NCBI GenBank assembly: GCA_002633005.1
Contig: NMRA01000402.1
Location: 280,123-344,122 of the forward strand
Origin: Phoronis australis
Lineage: Eukaryota > Animalia > Phoronida
Length of the DNA stretch: 64,000 nucleotides
Reading direction: 5' to 3'
The notes below the pieces were generated by a model. The model saw only the letters and a program-made list of their open reading frames with translations, was not told the origin of the DNA and ran no database searches. Shown here in pieces: positions 57,439-64,000 of the stretch. The position numbers were made by a program, and so were the translations under genes. Positions within the stretch are counted from its first letter, which is position 1, and each line of letters opens with the position of its first letter.

Positions 57439-57604
57439 ATCTCCACTGTAACAGGAAGGAGCTAAGTGTCAACAAGAAAACGAGAATTGTCACCATTCTC
57501 GAGGTGTCGTTTACGACGAACTGTTTAGTCTCAAATGTTGCTTTACACAAAGGCCAGTAATAATACTTGTAAAGTACTCTGAATACTTCCAAGCGAAGCT
57601 TTTC

Positions 57605-57610
57605 AATAAA
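57605..57610 (+). terminator. Candidate polyadenylation signal of PRDM12
   Basis: AATAAA about 170 nt after the stop codon, with a GT-rich tract downstream. Confidence 0.45.
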
Positions 57611-57667
57611 TTGTATAGAAAAGGAAAACAATTATGTTTAGTGATCACGTTGCACGGTTGTTGTTTT

Positions 57668-59293
57668 TTCAGGCAAGCGGGAGCAACGCGAAGCGTTGAA
57701 ATGCGCCCACGAATGAATTACTAACGGTGTGTTTCTTGGGATGTATAATCATACAATAAAAAGCGAACACTAATTGGCGCACATGTCATCGAATCCATCC
57801 GAAATTTAGAACATGTCATCGTTTCTTTATTAAAAAGCCATTTACCAAATTTCATAAAAATTTGCCGAGGAACTTTAGATAAACAAAACAGAAAAAAACG
57901 AAATTACCACTATGGTACATAGCGTTCGCCAGATTCGTCTGAAAGTCCCCCTCGTCCGTTGTCAACTTCAAATAATTACACTTCCTAAATTTAATAAAGA
58001 TCCTGAGGAGGTTTAGGAGATACAGCTATGAGCGCAAAAAAACAAAACTGCCACTAGGAGGCGCCACAGCAGTCAAAGTTGGAAAATCATTGACAACTGT
58101 CCTCTTCACGCTAAGAACATGTATGCCAATTTTTACAATTATCCTTAGAACGGTATAATTGGTTTAGGGAGGACAGCAAAAACAGACTCGAAACAACAAA
58201 AATGACCTCTAGGTAGCGCAAAATACCTTGATTCCACCTGAAAACGGGAGGATAGTGTCATCTCACCTAAAGATGCATGTACTCCAAATTTTATGAAAAT
58301 CCGTTGACGACTGAAGATACAGGTAAAGAGGAAAACGTAAAAAATTGCCAATAGGGTGCACACCGGTAGGCAGATCAGTTCTTATATCGTCGTCGTCCGT
58401 TGTCAACTTCATATAAATATACTTGCTTAATTTAGTACCAGGAATTTCCATAGAGACATGTATTCCGCGTTTTGTTGGACTCTTTTACATAGAACTGCGT
58501 TTTTAATTTTTTGTTTATAAATGTATAGTTCGCCAACGACTAGGTCGTTTTTACAAATGATGTATGCTCCAAAAAGCTGAATCTGTGACAAAAAAGTTGA
58601 CGGTGAGTGGACTTTTAAGAGGAAAACTTCCAAATAAACGTCCCACTGTCCGGACACTTGGTAACACCAATGAACGCCCATGGCCGTGTATTCTGCATAA
58701 TTTTCCGAATAAACGCCCATGGGCGTTTCATCAGGTGGGCTTATTTACCCAAAACCCCGGTAAAGATCTTGCATAGTGTTAAGGAGATACAGCCATGGGC
58801 GCAAAAAAACTGCAACTAGGAGGCACCACAATATTCGAAGTCGTCGGAAAATTATCGTCATCCGTCCTCTTCACCGTAAGAGCAAATATGGCAATTTTTG
58901 AAATCATTCTTAGACTGGTTTGGTTGATAGGGGGCTGACGCCAAAAACAAACTCTAAAACATAAAAATAGCTACATGTACTAGGTGGCGAAAAATAAGTC
59001 GATTCCGTCCGCAAACGAGAGAATAGCGTCATCTCACAAATAGATGTCTATCTGTCAGATTTTATGAAAATCCGTTGAAGACGCTTGAAGACGAAGAGGT
59101 ATTACGTAAAAACATATGTCATTAGGTGACACACTGGTAGCCACATCCGTCCGAAAGTTCGTTAATGCCGTCCTATTCATGAAAGGATGCATGTTCAAAA
59201 TTTCATCATGACCATACATCAAAGGGTCGCCAGACGGACGGACCGACAGACGGACAGGGATGACGGCATATAAATATGCTGGCGCATAAAAAT
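57668..59293 (+). mobile_element. Helentron/DINE-1-like non-autonomous element with internal repeats and a nested MITE
   Basis: 5' hairpin CAACGC-GAA-GCGTTG (57684-57698); ATGCGCC (57701) is inverted with GGCGCAT (59281); internal CTAGG.GGCGC core repeats; (GACG/CAGA)n microsatellite at 59231-59257; 3' palindrome TATGC...GCATA followed by an A-run. Confidence 0.65.
58436..58763. mobile_element. TA-flanked MITE nested in the Helentron-like element
   Basis: Similar to 29483-29850 (TIRs, TGTGACAAAAAGTTGA, TTAAGAGGAAA); it interrupts an internal repeat that is intact at ~57980-58030. Confidence 0.7.
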
Positions 59294-62200
59294 CCATAAT
59301 TAGTGTAGCCGAACCTCAATACAACGTAGCGTCCGGAAATTTTCTAAAATATTCAGTGCAATCGAGGTCAGTTTTAACAAAACCTGAAACATTGTAAGCC
59401 TGACACAGTTCTGTCCAAACCTGCCAAGTCTTGAATAGCACAGAACACTCCACTGGAGATGAAACGTTGCACTTGACATGCGCTGACAAGTCATAGTTGT
59501 GCAACTGACACTGGGATGGAAAATGCGTAAGGTACAAACCTGCCGGGAATGCTGATGACCTCAACGGATGATCGTATTCCTTGTGTAAATATCAGATAAC
59601 CATTGTTTGAGGTATTAATCGTACCTTTCCAAAAACTGTTCGTTTTCACGACGTTTCTCATCAAGCAATCCACGTTTCAATACGCCATCAAATCATTACG
59701 ATGGAGCTGTTTTTTTTCCTCCATTTCATTTTTTCTTTCACCTTTTCAATGATGAGTCGGTCATTCCCACCGGAGTCTCCGACGACTTTGATCGGCTTGG
59801 CTTCTAGTGAACACTGAGCGACGATCTAGTTCCTAAAATTCAACCGTTGTAAAAACAACTTGAGAAGGATAGTATAGTTTAACCCCACAGTCGTTCGTTA
59901 ACATCTCATTTCTTCAAGAGATTTGTGCAGGTTTATAGTACTGAAAACAGATAAATAGTCACCTGCTTATTGACTGTCAATGTGGTGGTGATCCAGGAAA
60001 GAAATTATCTTCTTCATATCTATCTTGGTTATTTCTACATGGACAACACACAGTTGCTCTTGTTTTAGAAAGCATAAAAATGCACTCTTTGTTAACTTTG
60101 ACCATAGCGCAACCATTTCTATTAAAGCATAATAGTTTGTCAGAGTGAATTTTGCACTTGTTGCCAACAGACTTTGTTTCCAAACCGACACCAAATCCCG
60201 TGATGACAGTGAAAGACAGAACAGCACAGCACACGCGAAATATACATTTTTCGTTTTTTTATTTTCCCAGTTCCAGTGAGTAAGTAACAGGGGTCTGCGA
60301 TTCCCTTGTCTTTACAATCGTTAAGTGAAAATTGGCAACACAAATACAAAGTGGAACTGATTTTTACAATGACAAACAGAAAAATAACAAAATTGCAGTA
60401 CATGTAAAGTCACTGTGTTGAATGCATATTGTGAAAGGAATACAAGAAACCCTTTGCATACTAGTTTTTCCAAAATATAGTTTCTCAACCAATCTTTATA
60501 TTCTAAAATTTTCTCTTCACGTATCTTACTTGAGGATTCATACAGGAAAGCCTTTAGCTTGAGCATCAGAATATTGCATTTATACAATTTTAACATCTAA
60601 AGCAATCCAATTTCTAACAAGGGTAATTTCATCAATGGTGTGTACTGCTTTCCAAGAGGAAAAAACTTTGACAAGACAGTAAATAAAAAACAAACACATT
60701 TTCTTATACTTTTATCAAAAAAAAATTACACTCAAGGTTGAAATTGGAAATTTTTTAGCCAACAGTTTGATATCAATGTTAAAATCCGTTCAGTCGCGGC
60801 CAGTTAGCAGCTGAAAGTTTATCACCTAACTGCATGTACATGTACGAGTCACAAGCATTAACCGTGAGTGAAAAGTGTGTTAAGTGCTCGCATTAATTCG
60901 ATTTTTAAAAATATTCATTAACGTTCCAATTTATTATAGTTGATATTAATACAAAGAACAAAGTTTATTTAATTCACTGGCTTACTTTTAATTTCCACAA
61001 CTTTGCACCCTAATAGATATGACCTTGTGAATATCCCGAAAAATGACTCCTTCTGAATTTTGGTTTGCTATAAATTGTAGACGTAGTTACAGATGAGAAA
61101 TTACTACATTTAAACTAAGCCAAAATTCCTTCAAAATCACAAAATTCAAACTAAATTTCCCCCTAAACGACTGCGAATTGAACCAGATGAAAAGATTTAT
61201 CCAATTAATTCAACCATTTCTTTGGGCCAAAAGTCGATTCTTGAGTTGAACTGACGCAGTATTCGGGCCGATCAACAACAACTTGCCAACTTAGTTCCGG
61301 CGCGTTTCGTAGCAAAAATCCGATTTGTGTGGCTGGTATACGCAATTTAGTTTGCATAAAACACAGCAAATAATTTCAAACTCGAAAATTTGCTCGAAAT
61401 GCGCGTAATGAAAACGAAAGTAAACCTTCATTGCTACATAAAACCAACACATCGGAAGTAATGAATCCTCCTCACGTAGTTCACGTTAGGCTGCGAGATA
61501 GGACGGAGTCGCGAATCTCTTAGCGAGTATCTATGGTGTCGGTGTCGTCCGTCTTGAAAACGCTTTAATTTATCCACTTCACATTAAAATGATAGCCTGC
61601 ATGAAATAAGAAAAAATCAAATTCCATGTCAGCTCCTTGAATGTTCAGAAGGTTCACACCCTCAGCTAAGCAATAGTCGTGGTTGAAGTTAAAACCTCAA
61701 GATCAGTTCAGGCCGGTTTAAGGTTGTGTTACTCTGGTACGTTAAACATTTATTTGTGGGCTACAATTTCGTCCCAGCCATTTATCGTTCGTCTTCTTGG
61801 ACTTTTTGGTTTCATCCTTGGAGAAGCCACCCTTCCTCAAGTCAGTTCCAGTCGGCAGTCCCACCTTTGCATTGTTCAGGCGACCAAGAGACATTTTGTT
61901 GGATCATTTACAACCCCGTTAACAAAAGCGAACTTAACGCAGATATACACACACATGTAGAGATAAATCTAGATAGAAATATATATGTTTATGTATATGT
62001 ATATGTATACCCATATGTATATTTATATACTAGTCGTTACCCGGGTAACAGTGAAGTGTATCGGAAATACCGAGGGGAAATAGTTACACTTTCAAGCGAA
62101 CATTAGTGTTCAACGAAAGGGACAGGGACATCTGTTGAAGACACAGTTTCAATCATAATTTCTGTCAGATTTAGGTAGGGTGTATTTACAAAAGTCACAT

Positions 62201-64000
62201 CATAAATGTACATACTAAAGTAGATGCAGAAAGACCGTGCAGCTAGCTGAATGAAGACTATGGTCAACTTATAGCTTGGTAGCTGTGTCTTCAGCTTCTT
62301 TAGATACCGAAAGTTCACGCAACCCGGGTAGCTCAGCTCGTCACCTCGCCGAGAAACCTACAGCTAGTACCAGTGACTGCAGGCATATCATCGGAGACAC
62401 ATCTGTAACTGACATCCTCCGCCGCAGAGATAATAACTCTTGGGCTGTCTCCGGTGAGCCCCTTCATTCATGAATGTTGTTTAGGAAAAAAACTTTAGTT
62501 TTGTATAATTCTCTGCCTTTTGTAACAAACAAAGTCTCTCGTCGGTTTCAAAACAATGCGCTGTGAAACGCGCACGCGCCATTTCCTGAAATTTTACGAT
62601 ATCTCTCCGGAGATGATTACAGATTCGCAGCAAATTGGTTTTGCTGGTACTAAAATTCTAGAAACTTTTAACAAAATGAAACCAGTTCCGATTGTTATGA
62701 CATGTACAGTATGCAACCTCGTGGAAAAGAAGAACATTTGATTGAGGAATCGGAGAAATTGTCCAATAGGTGACGCCAATCAAAAGCCTACAAAAAGCGC
62801 CCACCACAATTTTAGCAACGAAATAACGGTAGAACGCCAATTATTCCAACATCGGTAAATAATTAAGTTTATAAGAGAAGTTTTTAATGAAATAAAGTTT
62901 GGCGGCGACAGTCTCGAAGGAAACCGGAGGGAGTGAAATTAAACCGACAGACTGACGTCACTATGGCCAATAATAAACTGAACAAAGGCGAACACATAAA
63001 CTTAACCGTACGTACGGAATGGGCATCCATTCCCTCCAAGGGTCGAGCAGACCATACATGTACCTTGAAACTTTTGCAATTCATATTTCTACCCTCGGGC
63101 GGTTTCACACTTACATGCATCAATACAAAATCTTCATGTTCATTCGCTTAACAATACAAATGTGCATTTTAAAAGTTGTCGTCAACTTCCCAAACGTGAC
63201 AACCTAGGTCTGCGTTCGCAAAAACTGTCACACTTTATCCAATTCTAGTCTAGTATATTTTCAGGTGTGTGCTACTGCTTTGAGCCGCACTGGAAAGCGT
63301 TCGAGCAAAGCCTACAGCTACGTGTAGTTCATCGTCCCGAACCAATACCGTCCGTGCATTAGAGTGTAAACTTTGGCCTTTATACGCAGCTTACCTTTCT
63401 CTGTGCTTAGTTCAGCGTTATGTAATAGCGAGGAACCATAGAAAAGGGCGATTCCGCAATAGCTTTGATCAAACAAGCACACCCATAATTGTGTATACAT
63501 TGGAGTAGGGAAACACACCCATCTGACTAGAGTGATCTTAAGTACTAGTCCACGAGAGCACCAGCCATGAGCGGCAAGGTGGGGGTCAGCCGATTTTCAC
63601 CAAATTTGGCACATAGGTAGTCCCATGGGATCTATAAACAGCGGTAAAATATTTCCTCAAAATATTGCGTTTTTCTAAACTTATAGGCTCAAACACATTT
63701 TACGGCTTCGCAGCCATGTTTTCACGGTATAAAAACTGTCCAGTTTTAACTGTTCATATTTTTCCTTGAATGAAAGCTATTGATTTATTATTCACTTGGC
63801 ATTGTTTAGTGGTGCCTGTAGATTGTTACACAGATGTCTTGAAACACGATTCCGATTTACCACCCTCATTTAGTAGTTTTACTACACTGCCCCCCGTTAT
63901 GCCATTTTGAGGTTGTGTTCAGTACACTGTTGTACCAAATCTGCCCCCACTGCTATGAGAATGAAACTTAGCCAAAATGTTGACAAAACATGTTACTTTC

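Overview
AT-rich, intron- and repeat-rich eukaryotic DNA, most likely from a marine invertebrate (inferred from gene and repeat content), in a draft assembly with one N-run and several single-n joins. Three spliced genes can be rebuilt by hand from GT-AG junctions with consistent reading phases: (1) three internal exons (S2-S5 region) of a cyclic-nucleotide-binding-domain-family cation channel on the minus strand (527-2143, incomplete at both ends); (2) a GPR107/GPR108-type lung seven-transmembrane receptor on the plus strand (13 exons, 15865-32074, signal-peptide exon not found); (3) a PRDM12 orthologue on the plus strand (PR/SET domain plus three C2H2 fingers, 5 exons, 45752-57438, first exon uncertain). 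The rest is a mosaic of decayed LINE RT fragments, a tRNA-derived SINE family, Penelope-like element ends with hammerhead ribozyme motifs, a Helentron-type non-autonomous element with a nested MITE, many MITEs, an EnSpm-like CCTATAGG array and mini/microsatellites. Four near-identical duplications flank single-n joins and look like haplotype-overlap artefacts. I found no convincing wholly new biological system; the best leads are the GPR107-PRDM12 adjacency, the intronic hammerheads and the channel's identity. All family assignments rest on remembered motifs, not on database searches.
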